Positions 43,001 through 53,567 of a stretch of 64,000 nt of DNA are shown in pieces. Position numbers and translations under genes: made by a program. The stretch is from NCBI GenBank assembly GCA_965644265.1, contig OZ286467.1, positions 37,324,001 through 37,388,000 on the forward strand, read 5' to 3'. The stretch is from Glycera tridactyla. Lineage: Eukaryota. The notes under the pieces were generated by a model. That model did not search any database. It was given only the letters and a program-made list of their open reading frames with translations, and was not told the DNA's origin. Each line of letters starts with the position of its first letter. Within the stretch, counting starts at the first letter, position 1.

Positions 43001-46000
43001 AATATTCTGGCATGCAGCCTGGGCAGATTAGTGCTTTATAAATACTCAACATCAACAGAGACAAATTTCATGCCTCGTTATCATGAGCTGTGAGAGACTG
43101 GAATAAATTACCTAAACTGACACCATAGTTGGATAAAGAGAAACCCGTTGCACAGGGCAAATTCTTACTTGGCACAAGTCTTAATGGGACATAATTTACT
43201 ACAGTAGACTGACTATAGAAGGAAATATTGAAGTTACAAGCTCAGGTGAAAACCCTCACAACATTTGACCATGGGCAGGCAGTAAGGTCAAATTTGATTT
43301 TGTGATCACATTTTCACAACTTGCAGACTCATATGTTGAGAAAACTGAGGTAAAGATAAGTGCAAAGCAAAACTTGGAATAAAGTACGGAATAATATAGC
43401 AGATTCAATCAATAACTCTTTGCCTGTCTTGATATCCTGAGTCATACCCTTGAAATACATCTCGTGCAATCTTATGGAATTTGGGATGTATATTACATAG
43501 AAATAGGCGCTAAGTAACACAGCGTTTTTTAATAAATGATGAATGTCAAATTTCACCTTGCCATTAGAAAATGGGCCCCGCAGCTCCTCATTCTGACAAG
43601 ATATTGAAGCTGTAGAGCTGTCGTAATTTGAGCCACATCTCCTGCGGGATAAAAACTTGAGCAATTTGTTATGTCGAGTATGACATCACTGTGGGGAGAA
43701 TCGAGTAAATTTGACAGTGCAGGTGAACATCAAGTTTGCCTTCTCATGTTTTGAGTCGAAGTAGCCCCAGGCATGCACTCCACTCTCTCCTCCCGACATT
43801 TATTTAAATGGGAAAAACTATCTGGCTGTTGAGAGAAAATCTTACAGAATAGCCCTCTTCCGCAGACACCACTCAAATGTATCTATTCCAATGTACTGTT
43901 CGTTTGCTTCATGACAACCCCAATATCTACCAACTTGTTTGTCGACAAATATATTACATTGGAATATGGTGTACATTGTGAATTGGCTTGAATGCAGAAT
44001 ATGGTGAGGGCACGATACCTGTATGCTTACTAGTCAGGGCCATGTGATATTTGGATTATAGCATAATCATATACATGTATAGATAATCAGGATTAATAAT
44101 TTCTGATAAATATGAAGAATTAAATTTTGGAATTTACGGCCAATTTCCTTTGAACTCAAGTATAATCGAGGATAAAATCCTCTTACCCATGGAGTAATCC
44201 ATATCCTGATTCTATAAAATATACCAATAAGTATTTGTAATTGATAAATGAAGAGGATACAGGCTTCCTGGAATATTGCATTATGTGATATATAGACAGT
44301 ACCCAAATTATCACAGGGATGCTAACCTCTGATAACCGAAATCACTCATGATGCCAGTTTTTTAAAGTAATGATGGTTAAATAAGAGGAGCCTGAATTTT
44401 GTGATGTTCGGCATAAAATGTCAGAATGTTGGCATGAAAAGAGTAATCATCACTTCAAAATTGCGATAGATGGTATCTCTGCAATCATTTATTCATAATT
44501 GTTATGGTTCGTATCTTCATATAAAACACAACCAGGATATAATAGGGAGAAGGACTGGTTATGATAAAAACATGTGTGAGAACTGTCAAAATAAACTACT
44601 TGTAATAATAGACATTCAGCAATGTTAACATGATATGGCAAAACTGTACATCTCGTCCCCGCCACTAAATTACTACCTTGTAGTGGGCGTTTAGGTAAAC
44701 CCTGCAATCTCTGAATACCAGGCAAAAACATGGCAGAAAATGAAATCTATCCAAGCAAGAACTGCTTCAAGATAACTTAATTAATCCATGAATTTCTACT
44801 TGTTTTGACTTGAAGAGCTTGGAATGGAGAGTTAAAGGAATAACAGGTCAACTGCCTCGCCAGGACAGCACATTTTAGTTCTCGTTGATAATGAGCAACT
44901 GTTTTCTAGGCAAATGTTTTTTGCTTGTACAGTACTGTGTGCCTATGTATATGTGCCAAATGGCTGTCAACAGGGTTATCAAACANNNNNNNNNNNNNNN
45001 NNNNNNNNNNNNNNNNNNNNNNNNNNNNNNNNNNNNNNNNNNNNNNNNNNNNNNNNNNNNNNNNNNNNNNNNNNNNNNNNNNNNNNNNNNNNNNNNNNNN
45101 NNNNNNNNNNNNNNCACCAGGATTTTTCACATCAAGCATCAGTTTTGCTGTGTCCATTATTTCAAGCTAACGAGGCTAGGTGGGATAAGGAAAACCAGCA
45201 CATTCTAACCTCGACATGAAAAATCATATTCCTAACTATGAAAAACAATGACTCCTGACCTGGGCCAAGTCTCTCATCAGGACCTCCGTCATTGCAAGTG
45301 TCATCAATAAGCCTGTCATATTCTTTGTTGCAAAAACCTAGTTCTGACTATCAGTTGATGCTATCAGCAATGAGTCAGTGCTCAACTTTGCTCTGGTTAT
45401 TGGCCTTAGGGAGAAAGCCACAAGTAGGGCACCATAAAACATACGAACAAATCTTGCAGATGTCAGCAAATGCGAAGTTATCTGCGCTGAAAAATGGTCT
45501 GTTTGATTACAACATTTCCATCTTTTCCGCACAGAGTTCCGGCTAATCCTTTTTAGCAGCGGTCAACGAGGCAAATACCCATCTATTATAGGATCATTTG
45601 CACAACAATCATAGACAGGAACAGTACCTCGTGTGCCATATAAATTGCCGGTTAGGATGCCAACTCCACTGGGGCACATGATACATTGTGTTGGATATGT
45701 TCTATCTGGAAGTAAAAACTATAGCAGTAGGCAATCCAAACACGTGTAATTGATGTAGGATGAATACAACGGGGTTGTGAATTGGAATAACCCGTGGAAG
45801 GTCCCGCTTACCCTTCAACACTAACCGACAATAAATCAAACTCAGAAATGAATGAATCTCCTGAGGAACTAGGCCTGCAGGTCTCAAAAGAATGATATGG
45901 ATGTCAAAGCATAACTTCAACTTCTGAAAATTGTAGTCAGTAGCCCAAGACGAGTATAGCACTATGGTCAACTGACTACAGGTTTCAAGAATGAATGAAT

Positions 46001-49000
46001 GGGTGATACAAATAAACTTGAATGTTGACACACATGAATGATCTGATGGCTGGTATGACAGCAGTATTATTGAGGTATGAGTGGCAATTTCTTACACCAT
46101 GGACAATGGAAGTGACAGTCCATATCAATTGTCTTCTTGAAACTGTTTTCAAATTGAACCTCCTAACGTAGAAAGAAACTGAATTCTTGGTGCAATTCAT
46201 GGAATTCCTGAGGGGAAGGGATTAATCTTTCAACTATGGGAGGATGTAACATCGTTTATCAATTATATGGAAAGTGAGATATATCTTCCTAAGATCTCTC
46301 CATAAAATGTGCAAAATCAGCAAAATGCTTTCAAGGGATAGATTCAAAGATAGTCATTCATTGTAGAATAACCCTTTCTTATGAAATACCAATTTTGCTT
46401 CATATCTGATACTACTTCAATCTGACTTCACTGTACTTCACTCAACATTATTTTCTGTCCAATAATTCTATACTCATGTGACAAAAAAAGGAACAAATAG
46501 CTGTCACAGACAGTGTATCCCCTGCCATGGGTGCTTTTTCACAAAGGGCAATAACTCCTCAAACAATTATCCAATCATGAAACCCTGAGAATATGCGCTG
46601 CTGCACTTGATAAAAATCTTTCGGTGAAAGTTTGGGAGAAATTGCACGTAAAATGAATGAGCAGTGGTGCAGCCAAGAAGGTGTGACAGACCAATGCACA
46701 GACAGATAGATGGATGGACGCCTATCATTTCTATATCTGGATACAAAATCAAAGACTATATTGTCCCATATCTGAAGAATCTTTCTGGAATCATCATCTA
46801 GATGTCGAGGAAGAGGGTTCAACTGCCTAATTTGGGGCAATGATAGCAACAAATGTGCAGACAAAATGTATTGAGGTTTTTCGACTCGTGATAACTACAC
46901 TGGTTGACATTACGTGTTTGCCTCCATGGTAGCTATCACTGATATTCCTGTTACTAATAATCAGTCTCCTCCTCCTCCTCCTCCTCCTCCTCCTCCTCCT
47001 CCTACCCCTCCTGTACGTTGTACATCAGGAATAAATGAGATGCTGCTACATTCATCAGAAACATAAACAGCCTGACACTGGAAATCAAGCAGCATCCTCG
47101 ACTGAACAATATTAAATTTCCAGGAAATTGTTTCTCCATCCCCAGAGAGAAAAGTTTTGCGTGAAGGACCTGTGCAATACTTGGTGCAATATGAGATGCC
47201 CAATACATTTTCCTCAATGTAACCATTGGGATACATTGGGATACTATACTGAAACCATCACAAGGAGAATTGTTATTTGCAAAAACATGTATTGCAGATT
47301 ATCATATCATTTGCAACATCAAACTCATAAATCCACCTAGAGCTGTTCAGTATCTATTCATCTTTCTCCCCCAACTGAAGTTGTACACCGACTGAAGGTG
47401 TACGTAGCCTGTAGCGATCATTAGTGTTGTATCTGAGTCCGAATTATGATCTGTCAGCTGTATATTTCTCACTGAATACACTAGTCTACTTCTACCGCTA
47501 AATTCTAAAGGTCACAGACAGGATAAAAAATAATGCAAATGCTCAGTTTCATGCATAACTGCATTTGTTGATTGGTGGGAAAACTGACAGCTTGACACTG
47601 ATTTATATTTTTTCACAATTCTGAGGCAGATGATGATTTTGGCGGGTGATTTTTCATTACTTTTGTGGTTGTATCGTCAAGCCACAAATTGGCTGCCATC
47701 TGGTGTCAGCTTTCCTACCTGCCTCCTGGACATGAGTGATGCAGGTGGCCTTCGCGAAAGTCTCCAGTCTCCACGAAAGTCTCATAAATATCTCACTGCA
47801 CATCGATGTAAATCAGAGTCTGACCCCGAAATTCTGAGCAAATGCAAGCTTTTCCAGAATACATGCACCAGGGTATGGACCAGAGTGTATCATACAATCA
47901 GCCCAGCACCGGTACCTTACATTCCTATCAAGCGCCAGAGAAGAGAATTTCAGACTGAATAACATAGTTCATGAAAACAGGTTGTAGAGTATTACCTCAT
48001 TTTCAAGTCATTAGGGGTCACACTGCTCCCTTGATAATTGAGAGGGTTTAGTTGCACATGATTCTTTACTGAATAAACCCATTTCGTAAGATATCATGAA
48101 GAAATCCCTCATTTTTGAGAGGGCACAGGGTCTAAATCCTTGAGACAGCCATGTACAGTCGAACCTGCTATAAAGACCACCTCTCTATAAAGACCACCTG
48201 AGCTGCGACCGCAGTAGTATTTTCAACAGTAAATGACCTCTCTATAAAGACAACCTGCCCATAGAGACCACTTTTTGATGCGACCGAAGGCGGTCTTTAT
48301 AGACAGGTTCAACTGTATCTGTAAATTATGACCATGAATTCCCTATGTCACGCTCTTCCAGCAGCAGTTATGGATAGAGGATTTTGTAAAATATGGTTTT
48401 CTATGTATTTTCTTACCACATTTCCAACAAATATGGAGCTTTTTAGTTTCTTTTTCACTTATTCCTCTATCATGGACTATGAGACAAACATGGTCAGTTC
48501 CTCTTTATGGTTATGACTTGTGGAATACATTGTATCTGATTCAGGAGATAATCTGGTGGTGAGAGCGGGAGGCAAGCAGGGAAACGCCATCTATCTCCCA
48601 CGAGGGTCACTGAGAGTTGAATTAGCATACTGATGGGAGGTGCAGGACATATTCAGATGATATGCATGACTTTGCGGGTTACCTTCCAATAATCCACATT
48701 CGCACCTCCGGTCATCCTGGTCAGCTTTTTTTCGCTGCTGCATTATTTACAACCAAGGAAGAGAATGGGAATCACCATAGATTTATCATCATCCTGAACT
48801 GTATGGCATCATCCAAAATGACACATGTGGATGCGCAATATAAAACTGTATGGCATCAATGAATCCCTGGAATCCCTCAAAAATATTATCCTCAATTCAT
48901 ATAATGATCTCCAATTTAACACATGCAAAGAATGATTTTTGAATGAAAGCTATGAAGAACTGCCTTGATTGTAAGCCACCACCACCTACTTTGTGCCACC

Positions 49001-50604
49001 ACATATGAAAATTGTTTTCGAAATCATACTAGCAAGTTAATAATTTTATCAGCATTTGCCTTTGCTGATTGGCTATACTGATGTAACATTTGCTTATACT
49101 GATTAGCTATAGCTAATTGCTAAAGTATGAAGGGAATCTCTGAATCATAATACAGTAAGACCTGTCTTGGGAGACCGCCCCAAATGCCAACAAAAAGTGG
49201 TCTCTCAAGACAGGTGGTCTCTCATTGGAGGTATATTTGACTACGTCAAATAGAGAAGAGCTGATAAAGAGCAGTCTCCCATTAGAGGGTGGCCTCCCAA
49301 AAGAGGGGTCTCCCAAGACAGGTTTCACTGTATAAGATATGGAGGTGACCCTGCCGTACTCATTCTGAGTACATCCTATCTGCGAGCTGCTCTCTAACAG
49401 CCTTGACATTCCATATAATATGATTCACACCTGGGCTCTACTAGGAAAAACCAACATCCACTTCAACCTGACAGAATATACGAGATGCAGGTCTTGTTGA
49501 TCCAGAGATGATCGCAGGTAGCAGACATCTGGCGAGGAGAAGAACCATCACCTGGGACTTCAGCGTAATGATATAATTCAACTTNNNNNNNNNNNNNNNN
49601 NNNNNNNNNNNNNNNNNNNNNNNNNNNNNNNNNNNNNNNNNNNNNNNNNNNNNNNNNNNNNNNNNNNNNNNNNNNNNNNNNNNNNNNNNNNNNNNNNNNN
49701 NNNNNNNNNNNNNNNNNNNNNNNNNNNNNNNNNNNNNNNNNNNNNNNNNNNNNNNNNNNNNNNNNNNNNNNNNNNNNNNNNNNNNNNNNNNNNNNNNNNN
49801 NNNNNNNNNNNNNNNNNNNNNNNNNNNNNNNNNNNNNNNNNNNNNNNNNNNNNNNNNNNNNNNNNACTTGTATGAAACCCAAAAATTTGGCTTGGGCATG
49901 GACCTGTTGACTGTGCATCATGTCACTGTGTTCATTTTCATGCACATCAATATATGATTTATCAAAGGAAACCATCAGTCTCTCAGGTGCTGATATCTTG
50001 AAACAAGCACAAGGAGACAGCAATTTCGAAACACCTATGTATCAACGTAATTCATTAACATTCTCCATTAATATAATAGCCTTTTGTCTTTTCAGTAGAC
50101 GGAGTACAATCATATCTCAATTAATCATCATCAAAATTAATTAGTTCACTATTTTTGTCACTCACTTTGCATATTGAATTCATCAGGATAATAGCTGATG
50201 CATGTTGTATAGACTGAATTCATCATGATAAAGTATTTCAGGTTTCAGGCATATTCAGATTCTCCTGAAATCGGCTTTATGCTTTCTCCCCCGGAACAGA
50301 CTACTAAATACATGAGTTCATGACAGTTTACCCTGCCCTGAGCATGTGGCCAAGGGAAGATACCAATGTGCACAGTTTCATGCTTACTACAGCTGAATTA
50401 AAAACAATTGAAATACTTTGGAAGGATGAATACATCATGGGGCAGGCTTGGTGTCAGTTTGACTGTAATGGTTGGAATAAGTAAATGTGTCCACTCACCT
50501 AGCACCAACAAGCATGGAGTCACCCTCGGTGTAGAGGATCTTGAAATGGTCCGGCGCCGTCTCATTGCCACCAAACCGCTGAACGGGAGAAAGATCTAAT
50601 AATG
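2829..50604 (-). CDS. Sema1a: Transmembrane semaphorin, class 1 (Sema-1a/1b-like); 14 coding exons, 5'-partial (signal-peptide exon not found)
   Basis: Manual splicing of 14 GT-AG exons (2129 nt) gives one open frame. It contains Sema-domain motifs ([45 protein letters not shown], [13 protein letters not shown], [28 protein letters not shown]), a PSI domain ([14 protein letters not shown]), a TM helix and a short tail. The 1a versus 1b assignment is inference. Confidence 0.93.
5885..6476. mobile_element. 592-bp non-autonomous TIR element (MITE), TA-terminated, CpG-rich
   Basis: Perfect 28-bp terminal inverted repeat TACTGTAGTCTCGCGCGTGTACGCGCAG (5885-5912 / 6449-6476); internal 29-bp direct repeat (5923-5951 / 6407-6435). 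Confidence 0.88.
7298..7417 (-). CDS. Sema1a: Semaphorin exon M (acidic stalk), 120 nt, phase 1->1
   Basis: ctttctaacag|(E)[40 protein letters not shown]|gtaagg; strong splice signals, frame-compatible. Confidence 0.72.
10965..11069 (-). CDS. Sema1a: Semaphorin exon L (Pro-rich stalk), 105 nt, phase 1->1
   Basis: ttctctatgtag|(E)[35 protein letters not shown]|gttagt; phase-compatible, no domain homology to confirm. Confidence 0.75.
11271..11428. mobile_element. MITE family A copy (TA-CAGT termini, GAGACC/GGTCTC motifs)
   Basis: taaagtgaaacctgc...gcaggtttcactgta. Confidence 0.75.
11844..11911 (-). CDS. Sema1a: Semaphorin exon K (end of PSI), 68 nt, phase 2->1
   Basis: ctttctttcag|(G)[23 protein letters not shown]|gtgtgt; the IQN..G..C motif typically follows the PSI core. 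Confidence 0.85.
12651..12942 (-). CDS. Sema1a: Semaphorin exon J (end of Sema domain plus PSI domain), 292 nt, phase 1->2
   Basis: ttttttgtag|(S)DGRVVKAIN...[35 protein letters not shown]|gttagt. Confidence 0.95.
13396..13748 (-). CDS. Sema1a: Semaphorin exon I, 353 nt, phase 2->1
   Basis: ttttcaccag|(V)[11 protein letters not shown]...[13 protein letters not shown]...YDILFLGT-A|gtatgt. Confidence 0.95.
14165..14258 (-). CDS. Sema1a: Semaphorin exon H, 94 nt, phase 1->2
   Basis: ctgtttctag|(Q)[32 protein letters not shown]|gtaagt. Confidence 0.93.
14988..15129 (-). CDS. Sema1a: Semaphorin exon G, 142 nt, phase 0->1
   Basis: cttgcag|[48 protein letters not shown]|gtgagt. Confidence 0.96.
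17483..17571 (-). CDS. Sema1a: Semaphorin exon F, 89 nt, phase 1->0
   Basis: ttttccag|(D)[29 protein letters not shown]|gtaagg. Confidence 0.95.
18653..18757 (-). CDS. Sema1a: Semaphorin exon E, 105 nt, phase 1->1
   Basis: tttttcacag|(D)[35 protein letters not shown]|gtatgt. Confidence 0.94.
20864..21062 (-). CDS. Sema1a: Semaphorin exon D, 199 nt, phase 0->1
   Basis: tttgcag|[31 protein letters not shown]...[17 protein letters not shown]|gtatgt. Confidence 0.95.
22393..22455 (-). CDS. Sema1a: Semaphorin exon C, 63 nt, phase 0->0
   Basis: ctgttttcag|[21 protein letters not shown]|gtaagt. Confidence 0.88.
22770..23780 (-). mobile_element. 5'-truncated non-LTR retrotransposon (CR1/L2-group LINE): RT C-terminal region, 3' UTR and tandem-repeat tail
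   Basis: ORF 23101-23826 has [39 protein letters not shown] and [15 protein letters not shown], typical of the CR1/L2-group ORF2 end. AATAAA (22800-22805) is followed by a (TTGTCTA)4 tail (22770-22797). Confidence 0.88.
26639..26681. repeat. (CA)n microsatellite
   Basis: Pure AC tract. Confidence 0.95.
26749..27080 (+). repeat. Unclassified interspersed repeat (family E); homologous segments at 60258-60496 and 56764-56932
   Basis: Shared blocks atgaaagctagatgttct.tcccctg..gacatcact, ggcatatctaac, gctggaag, caaagc.cagcacttgac, tgccaacttcaaacca. Confidence 0.7.
29232..29288. repeat. (TG)n microsatellite
   Basis: Pure TG tract. Confidence 0.95.
29944..30129. mobile_element. MITE family C (CAG(T/A)GATGCCAA termini, TACTCCAAAAT subterminal motif); copies at ~804-962, 3725-3888 (inverted), ~25041-25193, ~44347-44481 and partial ends near 22.7, 27.5 and 33.8 kb
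   Basis: Recurrent gatgccaa...gagtaatcattactccaaaatc...ttggcatc(a/t)ctg. Confidence 0.7.
30282..30386. mobile_element. MITE family A copy (short)
   Basis: tacagtcaaccctg...attcaactgtg. Confidence 0.65.
31975..32070. repeat. Degenerate (CTG/TTG)n trinucleotide repeat
   Basis: gttgctgttgctgctgttgttgctg...; explains the poly-Leu ORF. Confidence 0.85.
32189..32380. mobile_element. MITE family D (CAGGGTTGCATCCAG TIR, hAT-like termini); second copy 5199-5393, solo end ~10695
   Basis: caaggttgcatccag...ctggatgcaaccctg; the two copies share gggcatt, aatcaggg, aatgccc and tgcacttttt. No TSD seen. Confidence 0.72.
32575..32720 (+). mobile_element. Penelope-like pLTR fragment (degenerate)
   Basis: Reads [13 protein letters not shown] (compare IYREIL at 50.8 kb); palindrome AGATCACGTGATCT; CTGAAGA-aatgc-GGAT-gcatt-GAAC. 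Confidence 0.5.
34518..34595. repeat. (TG)n microsatellite
   Basis: Pure TG tract. Confidence 0.95.
35528..35573 (-). CDS. Sema1a: Semaphorin exon B, 46 nt, phase 2->0
   Basis: ttttctgatttcag|[16 protein letters not shown]|gtgagt; completes the GARN-x-VYNIS motif in phase with both neighbours. Confidence 0.88.
38714..38871. mobile_element. MITE family A copy
   Basis: tacactgaaatctgcg...caggtttcactgta with GGTGGTCTC motifs. Confidence 0.75.
39966..40029. repeat. (CA)n microsatellite, interrupted
   Basis: CA tract with CG interruptions. Confidence 0.93.
41627..41808. mobile_element. MITE family B (TACAGTCAAACTTGTCCTAAG termini); other copies at ~7901-8056 and ~17139-17318 in opposite orientation
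   Basis: tacattcaaacttgtcataagc...gcttaggacaagtttgactgta; the three copies share an internal sequence (gcatgaagcc, aaaatact, agggcaag). Confidence 0.8.
41932..42250 (+). mobile_element. Penelope-like element remnant: frameshifted GIY-YIG endonuclease C-terminus
   Basis: Across two frameshifts reads [66 protein letters not shown], matching the EH..H..GH..IL..W..RG..EA.YI..PSLNRD.G pattern. Confidence 0.75.
46966..47003. repeat. (CCT)n microsatellite
   Basis: ctcctcctcc... tract. Confidence 0.93.
48154..48317. mobile_element. MITE family A copy (AAAGACCAC subtype)
   Basis: tacagtcgaacctg...caggttcaactgta; close sister of 54609-54769. Confidence 0.82.
49151..49332. mobile_element. MITE family A copy
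   Basis: tacagtaagacctgtcttgggagacc...ggtctcccaagacaggtttcactgta (long imperfect TIR). Confidence 0.85.
50499..50604 (-). CDS. Sema1a: Semaphorin exon A (first recognisable exon, start of Sema domain), 106 nt, phase 1->2
   Basis: tttttctgtttgcag|..[36 protein letters not shown]|gtgagt. Confidence 0.9.
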
Positions 50605-50714
50605 CTGCAAACAGAAAAAAGAAAGAATGCCATGAAACATCAGCATCGAACATCCTCTATAAAATGGAATCAGTAGAAATGGCCCTTGGGGACCCTAATA
50701 GACAACAACTCCAA

Positions 50715-50900
50715 CCTGAAATCAAAGGACAGAGCCCACACCCAACCGAGACAGGGGCCGGCACACTCTCCTGCCAATATACCGGGAGATCCTCCCGTCA
50801 TGTGATCTCCCCTTGATCCCGAGGTCACATGACGATGCTACCAACTCTCATTAGTCAACTGTTGAGAAAAGGATTTGGATGGGTCCTGAAAGCTCCGCCT
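50715..50900 (+). mobile_element. Penelope-like element 3' end / pLTR fragment
   Basis: Reads NRDRGRHTLLPIYREIL, then a 10-bp inverted repeat (50796-50805/50825-50834) and a CTGTTGA..GGAT..GAAAGCTC hammerhead-like core. Confidence 0.7.
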
Positions 50901-51989
50901 TTCTAAGTCAAACTGTGAGTAATGTGAACTTGATCTCAAGGTGAAGTTTTGTCTTTGGCAGTTGCAATACTTCTTGTGTTATCACTCAAAGAGATTATCC
51001 CAAAAGAAGTATTGCAACTGTCACCGACAAAGTTGAGCAAGACACTTACAACTGATGGTGAGGTAAAACAGATTCTCTCGAAGTGGAATCAAAAAAAAAG
51101 CTGGATTTGTCATGAGATGTTATGATATAGATATCATTTTACTCATTCAAGGCACATATTTATTTGTCATGGTCAAATAAATGTCACTCCTGGAGAAAAC
51201 CGACCCTTTTGAGATCTCTTTTCAGTGACATTCTGGGTGGTCTCTAATCACAGGTTTCACTGTATTATGCAGAAATGGATGGGTGCCAGGCTGATCTAGC
51301 AAACTAGAATGTGAATGGGTGGATGGCTGACAATAGGTATAAATAGTCTCTTTCCTCTGACATAGGATGTCCTGCTTCTCAGATACACACTTCCAAGAGA
51401 TCTATGAATGAATTCCAAGAAGCAACACGCCAATCAATTTCTAATTTTTCTTTCTCTACAATATAGAATTACTTCTTGCTGAATGGAAATCGATCTAAAC
51501 AAAAAGCCCAGTTTCAAATGATGGCTTGAAATAAAAAGCCAGAAAGCTTGACTTCTCCCTGAATTTATGACAATTGATCCAAACAAAAGCCCAGTTTCCA
51601 AGATGGCCTTCAAATAAATTGTGGTACTCATGCTTGCCCAATTCTAAGTCAATTTACGATGATGGCAATGGGAAAGCTGTCATGTTTTTGTGAAAGGGAG
51701 AAAGTCGTGTGTGCTTGACAATAAGACTGACAGATGGGGCGCTTCCTCACTATTAGAACATACCCCATAACTCTGTGTCAGGTAGACAAAACAGAGGACG
51801 AAGCGACAAGAATTGACCCCTATTAACCTCCACCTTATATTTGGAGCAGGTAAGCTCCGAGCATGCTATATAACCATCAACTCTTGTCACATCTCTGTCT
51901 TTGTCCCAGTATAAACCGCAAGTTTTGCCAAATTGTTGTATTTTTACCGAACTATTGTTGCGTTATTACTCTCACTTTTGTAGCTCACA

Positions 51990-52383
51990 TACAGTGAAAC
52001 CCCTGAGGAGAGACCACCTCCGACGGGAGACCGCTATTCCAGAGAAGCTTTTCTATTTGACAATTAAATATACCTCCAACTAGAGACAACCTCTTTTGAG
52101 AGACCACATTTGGGTGACATTTAGGGCGGTCTCTCGTTACAGGTTTCACTGTACAGACCACACTTTGTCATCAGAAAAAGGGACCTTCTCAGGCAGGTGG
52201 TTGAGATTCTCATAGTGAAAACTGGTAGGATACTACCCCAATGAAGGACCACCTCTGACTACTTTTTAAGTGCAGCTCTTCTATCTGACTTAGTCATATC
52301 CATCTCTGAATAGAGATCAACTCCTTCAAAAGCCTACTTTTCATTGACATTTAGGGTGGTCTTCCATCACAAGTGTCACTGTG
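51990..52383. mobile_element. Cluster of family A MITEs (intact copy 51990-52153 plus older adjacent copies)
   Basis: tacagtgaaacccctg...caggtttcactgta, followed by a degenerate copy ending gtgtcactgtg. Confidence 0.78.
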
Positions 52384-53567
52384 ATGATACAAGTTCAAAG
52401 GAGGGTGATCTTTATACAGAATTCATCATTGCAGCAAATTCAGTAATTCATGATGATCTATCTGAAATGAAAGATAGTATTTTGAATTGGGTCACTAACA
52501 GTGAACATCTAGCCATGAGATGAGTTTGGATTTTGGTGGAGAATTCCCTTAGACAGGTGATAGATGGAATTTAATCCATACAAGGACAGTGTTGGGATGC
52601 AAGGATATGGCAAGCAGCATCATGCTGTGTAATGATCTACAGAATAACATGCTTGGTGAATGTTCAAATGTAGTTCTGTGGATGATTGTAATCAACAGGT
52701 CCCACTATGGCAACTTCACCCAATATTGTCCACAAGTCAGCAGTCGGTTGGGCGAATCAAAGAATGGGCATTTTCTCCTGAATTCACCAGCCCCCTTTCT
52801 GATATTTACTGCCATGCCCAGCATGTCTATTCAGCAGAATATGGTACTTGTGTCTGTAGTTTCAACTTTGTGATCAGGCATCAGCGGAAGGGATCAATTC
52901 AGATGGCCTCTATTTGGCTGACCAGTGTAGCTGTAAAACTGGACTGCTCTCAATGATAACATCAACGACCATAATCATCACCCTCATATCACAGCCAATG
53001 ACCTTCAAGAGGCGGTAATGATAATCCGTCAATGACGCTGATAGCCCTTGAATGTCATCAAATGTCAACGTCATCATCGGTTGATGCCGGTTGATTCCGA
53101 TGATGCTGATTGTGGCGTACATTCCATCAATCCAATTCCGGTGAGAAGAAGTGAGAGCATCTCAATGTGGTGTCCATGCTCCGCCAAATGAAAGCAATCC
53201 AATTTAAACTTGCCGTCTCAGCGACAATAGAAGAACACCGCTATTGTTAGTTGATGGGTCAATGGAGACCAAGCCTAACAAAGCTCACAGATGACATTTT
53301 CCCTGACAACTTCACCTGCCAAGTGGTACCTGGCAATGTGATCTAACAACAATATCTAATGAGGTTGGGTAATGGATTTGAGCTACCATATATTGCCGTA
53401 TATGTCACCTGTATATGTCACCTACGTGACATGCGCCAATACCCTATTAGATGTGTAAGCCGTAATTCAACTCAACCATGACACATGTAAAACCTGAATT
53501 ATCATGAATTTCAAGATAAAAGTGAAAGATCCATATGTCTTCACCTGGTCGATTGTGTAATGAATTT

